A stretch of 63,406 bases of DNA, filler included, from Reticulomyxa filosa (lineage: Eukaryota > Protista > Foraminifera), in assembly GCA_000512085.1 (NCBI GenBank). It is 17 parts of 17 records of this genome, joined end to end, with 100 filler letters (N's around TTAATTAATTAA, not from the genome) between each part and the next. Parts side by side here need not be neighbours in the genome. Positions count along the whole stretch, not along the records: positions 51,886 to 54,151 come from ASPP01007251.1; positions 54,252 to 60,298 come from ASPP01026259.1; positions 60,399 to 62,130 come from ASPP01018809.1; positions 62,231 to 63,406 come from ASPP01025571.1; 13 more parts are not named here. The stretch is one strand, 5' to 3'. Below the pieces are notes generated by a model. The model did not search any database, was not told where the DNA came from, and saw only the letters and a list, made by a program, of their open reading frames with translations. Of this stretch, positions 52,307 through 63,406 are shown piece by piece; position 1 is the first letter of the stretch, and every line of letters starts with the position of its first letter. The position numbers were made by a program, and so were the translations under genes.

Positions 52307-52969
52307 TTCTCCAAAAAAAACTTGCAACAATACCCCAGATAAATATTGGCAAATTGATTATTATATAAAGATGGCAAGGCCCCTTGGGAACTTTTGACCA
52401 CATTCAAGTCTTAAAAAATTGTAAAAATAGACCTGCTCATACCACCCGTTTTGCTTTGATTATTTATTTAAAAGTTTTGTGGACAGAGCGTTCAACATTA
52501 TTTCAAAATAATCAGTATCACAAAAAGAGTTTGTTTTTTCAATGTTGTCTCGTTGGTAAACTTTCAAAAAATATCAAAGGATCTATATTATAACATTTGT
52601 TACGAGCTTGTTTTTGGCAACATGTCCACGCTCTCGAGTTAAACTCAAAGACTCTTCGGTATTATTATTTTTTTTGTGACCACACGGCCATACAAACAAG
52701 GATCATTTGGACCACTTGATTCAAATATGGAAGAACTTCACAATGCAAAATAAGGCACATTGAATATAAGATCAACAAGCAAATTGTTTAAGAATATAAC
52801 AAATACGAGACAATAAGATCAAAATTAGTTTACTAAAAAAAAAAGAGGTAGTTGTAAATTGTTTAAAGAGACGTGCTTTGGTTAGCACCATTTTTTTTTT
52901 TTTTGCAAGAGCATGGTGTGTTTGTTTTTTTTTTTTTTTTGGAGGAAGAAAAAAAAAATGAGATTTTGT

Positions 52970-54122
52970 TTAGACTTTAATGCCATATTCTCGGCTCAAC
53001 CAATTCCAAAAGACTTGGTCATTGGTGGCAATGGCTCTATTCAAAAGCGATTGTAAATGAAGTGTGACTCCAATATGCTCTCCGCCAACACACTCCCACA
53101 ATTTTTGCACTTGCAACTCACTCAGTTGCGTGGAATTGTAATCCGCCAATCTTTTGATATTGGACATTTCTTCGTCATTCCATTTTTTGACTGTAGATTT
53201 GGCTCTGACTTTTTTGCGGACTTTGTTGCGCTCCTTTTCAAAATCTGCTTTGTCAGCAAACGTGGTAACGTTGGTATTGGCATCCTTCAAGAACAATTCG
53301 TTGAGTCCACGAATAAACTGTTGTTTGTTACCAGTGGTGATTGATTTGCGATTGTCATCACTACCACTATCATTACTACTTGAATTGGATGAGCGATGAC
53401 CACTCCATAGTCCATGGAAATCGACGTCGATATGAAAAGGTCCATACTGCACCCTCTCCACTTTGGTGACATGAAAGCCGAGGGACTTGGCCATCTTTTG
53501 AACTATTTTGTGGCCTCCATAGTTTATCTGGATATCCCATTGCGTCTGTCGTTCCAAATTGTCGATATACTTTTCAAATTGCTTCTTTTCGTGTTGTGTC
53601 CGTTTCGCCAACTTTTGTTCGCGGTCCATTTTGTCCATATCTATCTCTTTGTAAGGAATACCTGACGCTTTATTATTATTATTATTATTTCCCATATATG
53701 TACACGTATACATTATATATGTATATATATACATAATAATTCGCGCATGCTTGATAGTGCGTTTTGTATACGTACAAACATGCGCACGTATACCTACATA
53801 CATAATGTATACGTGTACATATAAATAGACGCACAAAACAGTGAAGTTCAAGAGAATCAGCATTGGTGCTTTGAAAGTCTTCCAGAGTGTCAAGCCTCCC
53901 TCGTGGGATGACTTTCAAGGCGCGGACATGACCCATCGACTTTACATTGACCCCTTGCGATTGCAGCATCATCATCCATCGGAACTTGGTGTTTTGGTGG
54001 TATCGCAATACGTTGATGCGATATGTACGAATTACTTGAGAGGCTGTACTCGACAATAGCGAGTGCAACAAGCCATCGTTTGTCGCGAGTATCAATCCGC
54101 TGCTGTTTTGATCCAATCGACC
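52970..54122 (-). CDS. RsuA/RluB-family pseudouridine synthase, 5'-partial
   Basis: GRLDQNSSGLILATNDG (catalytic Asp), RTYRINV and GFHVTKVERVQYGPF. Confidence 0.75.
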
Positions 54123-54251
54123 TTTTTTTTTTTTTCCGCCCCCCCCCCCCCNNNNNNNNNNNNNNNNNNNNNNNNNNNNNNNNNNNNNNNNNNNNTTAAT
54201 TAATTAANNNNNNNNNNNNNNNNNNNNNNNNNNNNNNNNNNNNNNNNNNNN

Positions 54252-56339
54252 AAAAAAAAAAAAAACAAAACTGAGAGGGTTTATGCTCACTTTCTTTGAA
54301 GATATACTCGACTTGAAACGTGACCAAATAACCTGTCTCGGCGTTAAATTGTGCCCGAAGCACGGCTGGCTTTGCGCTGCACGACAGATGTTGTACTTGA
54401 AGTGCGCCTTGACAAAGCCAATCGTCCAAGCTATCAAAGATCTCCGACTTTGCGTCCTTGCGCAGTAAAGGGAACAGAACGCGTCGGGGCGTCTCCAATT
54501 TGGCCATGTATCCGAACAAATCTTCGCGATATACGCGCTGCTGAACTGTCAGCTTCTCACTCTCCTGCGTCTTCTCCTCCTTCTTATCATTCCCAAGCTC
54601 GCCACGGGATTGTCTCCATTCAACTGACCCAGTTATGCGCCCTGACATTTCCGAAGATTTCGCGTGGATCTGCAAGTCATTTGCGTCTATTTCTTGGTTT
54701 GCTACATTTCAAAGCACAAATGTCAATACATTAATAAATAAGTACATACATATACATATACACATATGTATATGTATATGTATATATGTATGTGCATATG
54801 TGTATATATGCATATATAAAGTAACTTATTAATTCTTCGTTTTCAATTTGCCATCGATACAAAATTACAGCTTGTGTGTCTTCATCAAAACGGGAAAGAA
54901 ATTGTCCTTGAATTCCTTTCAAATACTGTTCTATCCATTCTTCACTGATTATTGTCCTTCGTTTTTTCAGCTCTCTCTTTTTTTTATTTTGAAAAAAAAT
55001 CAATTCATAATAATAATAATAATAATCGACCCCCCCCCCCCCCCCTTTTTTTTTTAAAAAAAAAAAAAGATTGATATACACATTAGTTATGAAATAGAAA
55101 TACAAAGTGATACCCATGAGTGCGTATATCGCAGGGTAACATCTCGTACTCCATCAAAATGAGAAAAGGCCAACACGTAAGTAAGTGCCTTGGACCAACC
55201 TTTTTCATACAGCAACGGCGAATCGTAGGCGTCTTCGCACGAGTCCAAGTGGATCCACTTCTGCTGATCCTCGCTGAAATATTCGGTCCACACGTGGTCC
55301 GTAAAGTCGCTCACATAGCGAGTATTTTCGTACCCGCAACTCTTCATCAAAAACGTAAACGTGTTCGCCCACTCACCGCAGCGTCCGCAGCGAGTTTCCA
55401 TCAGTTTCATTACGTCATTGTAACGCGGAAAGCGTTGAGCGTTCCCACATGACTCGCATTGATGTCGTTCCACACGATCTGTTTTTTTTTGTTGTTGTGC
55501 ATATGCATATACGTATACATATGCATGTTCGTGTATACGTATACGTATATTTCAGTCTTCCCCCCCTTTTTTTTTTTTTTTTTTTAAAAGTCTTAACTTG
55601 CACCATATTTCAAATCATCACTTGTCGGCTGCATCATCCCAGCCGCTTTTGACTTTCCTCCGCAAAATTTGCACTTTAATGCATCTACCCATGTGAACCA
55701 TTCAAATTTGAACCAATGTAATAACTCTTTGACAAATTGATCTTTCGGACTCAAAAATGAACACCCATTGTCGATTGCCTCTGTGTTATTGTTATATATG
55801 TGTATATGTGTATATATGTACATATATGCATATACATATATACACGTATACATATATATATATATTTCTTTTTTATGAAAGAAGATCATATAAGTGACTG
55901 TGTAGGGGGACAGATTAGCGTTACGTGAAGCTCGTTTCTCCAACATCGCCACTGGAATCATTTCGCGTGCCTTCTTTTGCAGCAGTGGGTCTTCATATTT
56001 CTCCATTTGAGATAAAGATGGATACACGTGCGCCATAAACGATTGTATTCGCTCCGGTCGCTCCACCACTACTTGTGGCAAAGCCACATTACCAATAGTT
56101 GGAAATGCGGCCATATTTGGGTTTTTTTTTCGAACATGAATAATGTCCGTTCCCTTGACTGATTTTAGATCTATCTTTTCATTATATATCATGCTTGCCA
56201 TTGAAGAGACTCGGAACTCCTGTGTCTCTGGTGATATCTCAGTCAGAGAAAACACTTGAAATTGAAATAATTCAAAATTGTCATCAGGTTCTATAGTTAT
56301 CACCCAACGTTTATCGCCGCATTGCAATGCCACTTCCAT
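54252..56339 (-). CDS. PNG1: Peptide:N-glycanase, 3'-partial, with a ubiquitin-like N-terminus
   Basis: [14 protein letters not shown], CxxC pairs, [44 protein letters not shown] and [16 protein letters not shown]. Confidence 0.93.
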
Positions 56340-57630
56340 TATTTACGCTTTTATTCGGAACTTTCTATGTGTGATATCCTTCCAAAAACACAAATCCATA
56401 AGTTTCTTTTCCAACCGGTTCTCAGTTCCTTGTTGTATTTTCTTAACTTTCTTGCCACTGAAATGCCTAAAAATATTTGAATGGTAAATTAGATTGTAGT
56501 TTTGTTTTTTAAAGCCTTGTTTTGGTTCAAGGGGAAACTTTTGTTTTGTTTTAAGAAAACAACGTTCTGTTTCAAGTCGTCTTAAATTGTGTTATTTAGT
56601 TCTATCATCGTCATTCAATTAAATAGAGGAAACTGTAAAAGGGTAAGTGGCACGGAGTATGACTCAAGCCAAGTGTATTTATTTTAGAAGAAAAAGAATA
56701 TCTAAAATGTCAACATCAAAGCTCCAAACAAATCAACTCAATTTGCGTAGTAAAAAAAATTCAATGTATTAAAAAAAATCCACTCATAGCCTAAAAAAAA
56801 GATATCATTTTGACGATCCAAAGCGGAAGTCAAGACCATAAATATCACGATTGTGAATAAAGAAAATAAATGAAGTATCTTGCATTGAAGGTCATTCAAA
56901 CATATCACGATGTAGAAAAATAGCCTAGATTCACGATATTAATTAATGGATATAAAAGTGCAAGAAGTATATTTAAAAGAAAAAAATAATAGACATAATG
57001 TTAAAAAAAGCATTTACATCGATGATATGTTCGTTATCATTAAACTAGTTTATTCATATCGGCCGAGCTGTTGTATTGAAAAGTTTTCATGTTCGAATTG
57101 GCACCGTTGTCGTGTACGTAATGAAGTTTTGTAAAAAAAAAAGTAGTTTAAGCGAAGTACTTGATAACTATGTTACACTTATCGCAAAGTTAGAATATGC
57201 TAAGTATTAGCTAACTGATACTAATTACATTTGACTATTTATGAAGCATTATGTTCTCTTCTTTAAATTTCAAGCGAATAAGAGCCAGAACATCTTTGCA
57301 AATTTTTTTTGACTGTCACTATCCACAGTTTTTCCTCTTTCTTTTCCGTTTTGGCGGATCACTCCGGTATTTTCATCTAATGTCCCTATTGTTAAAGGTA
57401 TACAATGCTCAATCTTTTTTTTCAGATATTATAATAGTATTGTTGCTTTTTATCAATTCTCTCACTGTTATATTTGTGGGACTTGTGAGAAGATTAAGTG
57501 TAATACGAAAGGAATTTAGTTCCAAGAGAGTAATTTCAGTAAAAGAAAGTTAATTAAAGAGAATAATTACAACGCAAGTAAAGAAACAAGTAAAAAACAA
57601 GATGAAAGTGAGTAGTGTAAGAAGATGGTT

Positions 57631-57695
57631 TTAACCCACTGGGGTCCCATCGTTCCGTTAGTATTTAAGGATGTAATGTAGTGACTTTCCCTACA
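57631..57695 (+). repeat. Dispersed ~60-bp repeat, copy B, beginning TTAA|CCC
   Basis: TTAACCCACTGGGGTCCCATCGTTCCGTTAGTA...; matches copy A. Confidence 0.7.
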
Positions 57696-58284
57696 ATTTT
57701 CCAATCCACTTTGAATTTTTAATTGTTTTTGAATATATGCAATTCCTAATGAAATTAAAATAATCCTCATTATACAAAACCAAAAAGAATACAAATTATT
57801 GAATTTAAATATAGTAAGAAGATAGCGTCAGATTTAATAAATACGAAAGAGATCAAATAAAAAACTACTTAAAAAAGAATTAAAAAAAAGTTTAGTGACA
57901 AAGGTTCAACACTTTCAACATCATAATAGTTGGTAGAGTGTGCCAATCATATTAATCTTTTTTACATCTAAATGAAAAATAGAGGTTATGTTAAATCAGG
58001 AACTCAAAGGAAATTGAGAACAGTTAACAATGACATGAAATACTGTAGAATTCACATTTTTTTTTCACGTGTAGATTGTGCTATTACTCAAAAGAATTGG
58101 ACTTATTTTCTTCTCATTGCAGTCCGTCTATATGTTTGCTCTTTTGACTGTTTAAAAAGAAAGAACAAAGGTTCTTCAAATGAAAGAAATATTTCAAAAA
58201 GTAATTTTTTATAAAACTCGAAAATGGAAAAAAGAAAACCAAACGAGGACCTAAAAGTTTTTGGTTTCATTCCCTTTCCAGTGT

Positions 58285-58760
58285 TTAATAGCCACTACAA
58301 TATAATTGTGAAGTCCAGCTGCTGCAACCAATGTAAGAAGTCAACTCACAACAGGTGTCATTGAAACTTTTTGTCTTAATCATAGAACTTTTTGCTCTCA
58401 TCGAAAAGTATTTTTCACATTTTTCTTCGCATTCTATTCAATTTGATTTGATGTATACATTTTCTTACCGTTTTACAAAATTTTTGCCACGAACTTACCA
58501 CAAAATGAGACAATGGACTGCGATTTGCATTCAGTTGCGATTGCAATGTCGCAGCATGTTTGGCCACGTTCACTGTGAAATTCAGCAACTAAGTTCATTC
58601 CATTAGCGTTGGATTTACGACTGGCAGATCCCATGAAATATACTCCAAATCCAACAGTGGCAACAACGGCGAACAGTAACGTTAACAAAATCCAACAGCG
58701 ATTGCCATTTTCCTTTTTCTCTGACTTTGTTACTAAAGGAGCATAAGTTTGAGTTTGCAT
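58285..58760 (-). CDS. Small signal-anchored protein with two CC-x7-C-x8-C modules
   Basis: TM segment WILLTLLFAVVATVGFGVYF; module 1 TCCDIAIATECKSQSIVSFC(intron)ECEEKC; module 2 TCCELTSYIGCSSWTSQLYC. Confidence 0.65.
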
Positions 58761-59787
58761 GATTTCTACTGATAAGATAATCTAATGAACAAAAATGCAA
58801 CAAACAAATGTGCCTTTTTCGTAGTTCACAAAAAGAATATATGCAATGACAAGGTCTTTCGTATTTTTTCGTGTTTATTTCTATTAATAAATTTTACAAT
58901 TAAATAATTGATTATTAATAATTGATAAATCACAAATTCACCTTTTTTTTCTCATTTCTATTGATTGATTAATATCAATACATTAATAAAAAAATTCAAT
59001 CAACGGCAATTTCTTTTTCCAATATTAATACGTTATATAACACAAACATTTTTTAAAAAATTGAAAATATATATTTCAATTCCGCAAGTTATTCTTATAA
59101 ATATTTTGAGAAACAAAAAATAAAAAGATACGTTATGTTTTTTAATAAATGTTTTCTTTTTTTTTTTGCAAGTATTTGAACAATATATAAAAATTGTGAT
59201 GGCGATAGAATATAAATTACAAAAGTATTTAAAATTCAAAAGGGAATTCACAACAACAGTGTTACATATTAACTTGCATAATTTTTTGATTTAAGAAAAA
59301 TAATAAGGAATAAAGAAATTTTTCCTTAAGGAGGGAATCAAGATAGAGAAAAACTCGCATTTATGATGTATCACTTCAAGGTAGTACTTTAACAGCTTCT
59401 GTTACTTTGGACAATGTTATTTGAATATGAACATTACATTGAACTCTATTTATGTTTGCCATTCTTCAAAATATCAAGATTACAACATACTGCTTTGTGT
59501 TCATCAAGAAGGTATTTCATGTGAACAAAATCGTAATAGCAAATATTATTTATGCTATTCTTGATAAACAACTCAGTTTGATGTTGTTTTTTTTAATAAA
59601 TTTTTTTGTTGGAGTACTAAAACAAGAAACATAAGAACATGAATTTTTGTTCCATTTTCATTGGTTTCCAGTTGAAAGCGCAATGGTACGAAGTAACGTC
59701 TCTGGTTAAGGTTTGTACACCCAAAAAAAAAGGTCTTTCACGGAATTTTTTTATCCTTACCTGACCGGTAATGCGTGAGTGTATCTG

Positions 59788-60177
59788 ATGAGTCTTCTAA
59801 ATTTTTCAGATTCTGCAGAAACAATGCAAGACAAACACAAATGTGCAGCAGAAGCTCCATCTTCTGTCGTTTCAACTCCAGATAAGCAAACGTCCTCCAA
59901 AGGATCATCGATCACTCCAAAACGAGACACGTTATTTGTGAACAAGCACGAATTTGATTGTTCGTTATGTTTAAATTTGCTGTTTGAGCCATTGACACTT
60001 GAGTGTGGGCACACATTTTGTCGAGAGTGCTTATATCAAGCATTTCAAGCGAATAAATTCTGTCCACTATGCCATCGCTACAGTAATATAGATCCACCGT
60101 CGCATTCCATCAACACTTTAATTTCAAAGCTTTTAGAAAAATATAACACCCATCGATACGTCAAGAGATCAAATCAG
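59788..60177 (+). CDS. C3HC4 RING finger protein (LONRF-like), 3'-partial
   Basis: EFDCSLCLNLLFEPLTLECGHTFCRECL...CPLC. Confidence 0.85.
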
Positions 60178-60665
60178 GTCTTGATAAAAAAAAAAAAAAA
60201 GAAGGAAGCATATTTGAGATGAAATGTGTCTTTATTTTATTTATTCACTGGATTTGTTTTTTGACTTTGCGAAATTCCTTAAGAAGAAATGAGGTTGANN
60301 NNNNNNNNNNNNNNNNNNNNNNNNNNNNNNNNNNNNNNNNNNTTAATTAATTAANNNNNNNNNNNNNNNNNNNNNNNNNNNNNNNNNNNNNNNNNNNNCT
60401 ATTTGTCAAATACTTCATTCTGCATCAACAAAAATGTTTTGTCATTTGTAGATAGATTACGTTAAGAGATTGAAAAATTTACATTTTATTTTATTTGCAA
60501 GTTTTAAAAAAGAAGAAAATACAAAAGTGTGGATATTACAAAGCCATTAACAATTGTTAGTAATTTCTTTTAAGATAGAATTGATTTAAAACAGCAACTA
60601 TTTGAATAAAATTTAACAGATAAATCATTAGCAAATATGTAAGGACTTACAATCACAAAAGGGAG

Positions 60666-62130
60666 TTAAGATGACTGATTTTGTGATGAATTAGATTTTT
60701 TGAAGTCAATCCATTCATTTTTGGACGGATTTTTGGGATCACGTTTAGTTTCTTTGAATTTGGACCATTTGAACTGAGATTTATCAACCTCTTGTTTTTC
60801 TCTGTTATGAAGAGCTTTTCCTTCTCCTCGGAGATGAACCGGGAGATGAGTTTGCAAGCCAACAGAAATGAATTCCCGCGCATTTTGCTTCAGCAGTTCT
60901 TTTAGTTCGGGTGTGATTTCAATTACCTCAAACTCAAAATACTGTTTGAAGTGTTCCAGCCAACAAAGGTAGTTAAACAAGCAACATTCGTCCCTTAATA
61001 TGCTAGGTCGAAGTTGTTCCTTGATGAACGTATTCATCGACTCTTCGCATTTGTCATATCTTATGGCGTTGTACGATTGATTCATCGCTTCGCAGCGTTC
61101 GTTATATTTTTCAAATTCCACTTGCAACAAGTACAACCCACTCGAAGGAGCCACTGGTATCGCCATCTACAAAAAAAAAAAAAAAAAAAAAAAAAAGCTA
61201 ATAACTATAATTTCAAATTATATATGTATATATGTATATACGAACTTTATGCTTTGAACTGAATGCGGTTTCGATAATTCTTCCTCGATGTGTGAGCCAA
61301 GACTCATCGGGCAAAGGTGCAACTCCCATATGTTTGTGATGCATTAAACATACGATAAAACCAATCATTTTTCGGATTTGATGATACATGAAGGACACGC
61401 CATGGATGTGGAAATCGATAAATTCGATGCCGTCAAACACGAGGCGCTCGTTGTTTACAATGTGGAAATCGATCATCTGGCGCTGCGCCTTCTGTTCGTG
61501 AGGATGAATGCGTGTCGTAAAGTTGTGGAAATTGCGTGTCCCGGCGCTATAGATACTACACAGCTCTTTCAGCTCCTTCCATTTGCTCTCGCTCAGACGA
61601 TACTGTTTGCGAATGTCATTCACGACTATTAATTCCATCTTCTCTTTAACTTCAGTCTTTTCGTCATGTTTTTCCTCCTCATCTCTATTTGCATTTGCAC
61701 GTTCATGTTTATTCTTACCCGTATTATCCTTGTCATTATCATCTCTATCTTTATCTTTATCTTTGTCATTATTTTCTTTCGTAATGGAATCGCAGTGGAC
61801 ATTATGATCTGAGGTAATCGCAACGTCACTGGGATTGCGCCTGAAGAGGGGCTTTTTGGGCTCAACGTATTGGGCCAGATTGGGGAAGTTTCTTTCCAGT
61901 GTATCATCGGCGATTAATTGCTCATCGAAGATATACGTCGGACAAACGTACCGATAAATGCGGGACGTTCCTAAAAAATGGGGGTCGAACTTTTTCGTTG
62001 TTCGAAAAATCCGGTGCACGTAAATGTCCGATGGCAGTCGCTCATTCAAATATTTCGTCATTTCCGTCCAATCATCTGTTCCTTTGTCATTACCGTCATT
62101 ATCATCATCATTATTATTATTATTATTATT
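60666..62130 (-). CDS. PUS1: TruA-family tRNA pseudouridine synthase (PUS1-like), 5'-partial
   Basis: LNERLPSDI, FDP...SRIYRYVCPT, GTRNFHNFT, GVSFMYHQIRKMIG and IPVAPSSGLYL. Confidence 0.88.
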
Positions 62131-62289
62131 NNNNNNNNNNNNNNNNNNNNNNNNNNNNNNNNNNNNNNNNNNNNTTAATTAATTAANNNNNNNNNNNNNN
62201 NNNNNNNNNNNNNNNNNNNNNNNNNNNNNNAAAAAAAAATAACAATAGTATCAAAAAAGAATTTTTTTAAATCCTAATGAAAAGAAAAG

Positions 62290-63406
62290 ATAAAAAAAGA
62301 ATGGAAATAAATTCATTATATCAATAAACCAAGACCAATGATCAATTACATATGAACGTGCAATCACATGTAGCCACTCTGTTGTGACGAATGCGCAATT
62401 TCCATATATAATATTTGATTGATACAATTGTGATATCCATTTGGAGCCAGTCGTGATTGTGGTACACAGAACAATGCTATTTGACCACAGGAACAAAGCT
62501 GCTATTATTGATAACAGCAAAGATATAATAATAGCAATTCCATGATTGATCTTGATTTTGTTGCTATCTGTTATTGGATAATCATTGAACGTACGTTTTG
62601 GAGTTTGTGCTATCATTACACAAACAAGTAACCAAATACATAAAATTAAATACATATTAAAAAAATATAAAATATAGTACATTTATTGATTATGGGACGT
62701 CGCTCGATCCTTTTTGGTGGATGGACATAGATAGGTGCTGCTTTGCATCTTGTGCTCTTTATATTGCACCAATTGGGGATATAGATTGTTTCTGTGGAAA
62801 AAAAAGGATGAAAACGATATGAAAAAAATAAATTATTCAATGTATGTTTATGTAATTGTATTTTTATGTATTTACTGTTAAACTTTTTTCAATTTCTTTT
62901 TTTTTTGTTGATGGGACTTCTACTATGTATATCGATACAATACAAATGGTGTCGATTTGTATAAACAACAAAATATATAAACAGACAAACTTTCGGGTAT
63001 AATGATTGCAGGCCATTCAAAATCTGGCGCTGTGATATTTATATTTATATAAAGTGCATATATCCTTATCTATGAAAACGGTTCCAAAAACATTACATAT
63101 CCACAAAGAGATAATACTATAAGAATGTCACATACATTGAAGTTGTGATTTTATTTGAATTTGGCAATGCGATCGTGGTGTGAAGTATTGCCGTTTTGAT
63201 AGTTGTTGCTGTCGTCGCTGTGATTTTGCACAATATGAGATCATTTGGTCCGCTTCCATCATTGTCACATCTGGTGATATTTCCTCTTTACCCACAATAC
63301 CAACATATTTTATCTCGATGTCTTTTATTTCAACATCGCAATCTATTTCTTGCATTTCAATGTCATTATCAATAATTTCTTTTTCATACATTATCACATC
63401 TTTAAC
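62290..63406 (-). other. Probable fragmented or degenerate membrane-protein gene, family unassigned
   Basis: Short minus-strand exon-like blocks, one with a TM segment (GIAIIISLLLSIIAALFLW); no recognisable motif. Confidence 0.2.

Noticed and set aside
56840-56940. Three spaced TCACGAT motifs upstream of PNG1
   Set aside because: Too short and irregularly spaced to call an array or binding site.
5701-62230. Regularly recurring TTAATTAATTAA flanked by N as a repeat array or CRISPR-like system
   Set aside because: Synthetic six-frame-stop contig linker. Gene adjacency across it is meaningless.
1-63406. tRNA or rRNA genes and CRISPR arrays
   Set aside because: None recognised by eye; tRNAscan-SE or Infernal would be needed to exclude them.

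Overview
This window is not one locus. It is 17 short contigs joined by an artificial 100-bp linker (44 N + TTAATTAATTAA + 44 N). Sixteen contigs are AT-rich, intron-rich eukaryotic DNA. A one-residue (Ala) insertion at a polyubiquitin monomer junction, together with WD40/Kelch/PPR genes and relics and many pseudogenes, points to a rhizarian, most likely a foraminiferan such as Reticulomyxa (inference). One contig (46265-47399) is GC-rich bacterial DNA. Recognisable genes: a multi-module AAA ATPase, a 7TM receptor-like gene head-to-head with a GRK, a SPRY protein, HSBP1, a TLC protein, eIF2A, PPR-SMR, a Miro-like GTPase, TBL3/UTP13, a GT18 (MGAT5-like) enzyme, an XK-related protein, ERMP1, SAM synthetase, an OAS-fold protein, a SAM-domain protein, two pseudouridine synthases, PNGase and a RING protein. 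Degenerate relics: dynein, ion channel, polyubiquitin, WD40, Kelch and Ty3/gypsy. Best leads: (1) an OAS-fold nucleotidyltransferase lacking catalytic Asp residues, possibly fused to an unknown domain; (2) a SAM synthetase with a perfect PTS2 on its own first exon; (3) a ~32-aa module shared by the WD40 N-terminus and the Kelch C-terminus; (4) a two-module Cys-framework peptide precursor; (5) a TTAA-CCC piggyBac-like terminal repeat in two contigs. All family assignments come from motifs recognised by eye; no searches were run.
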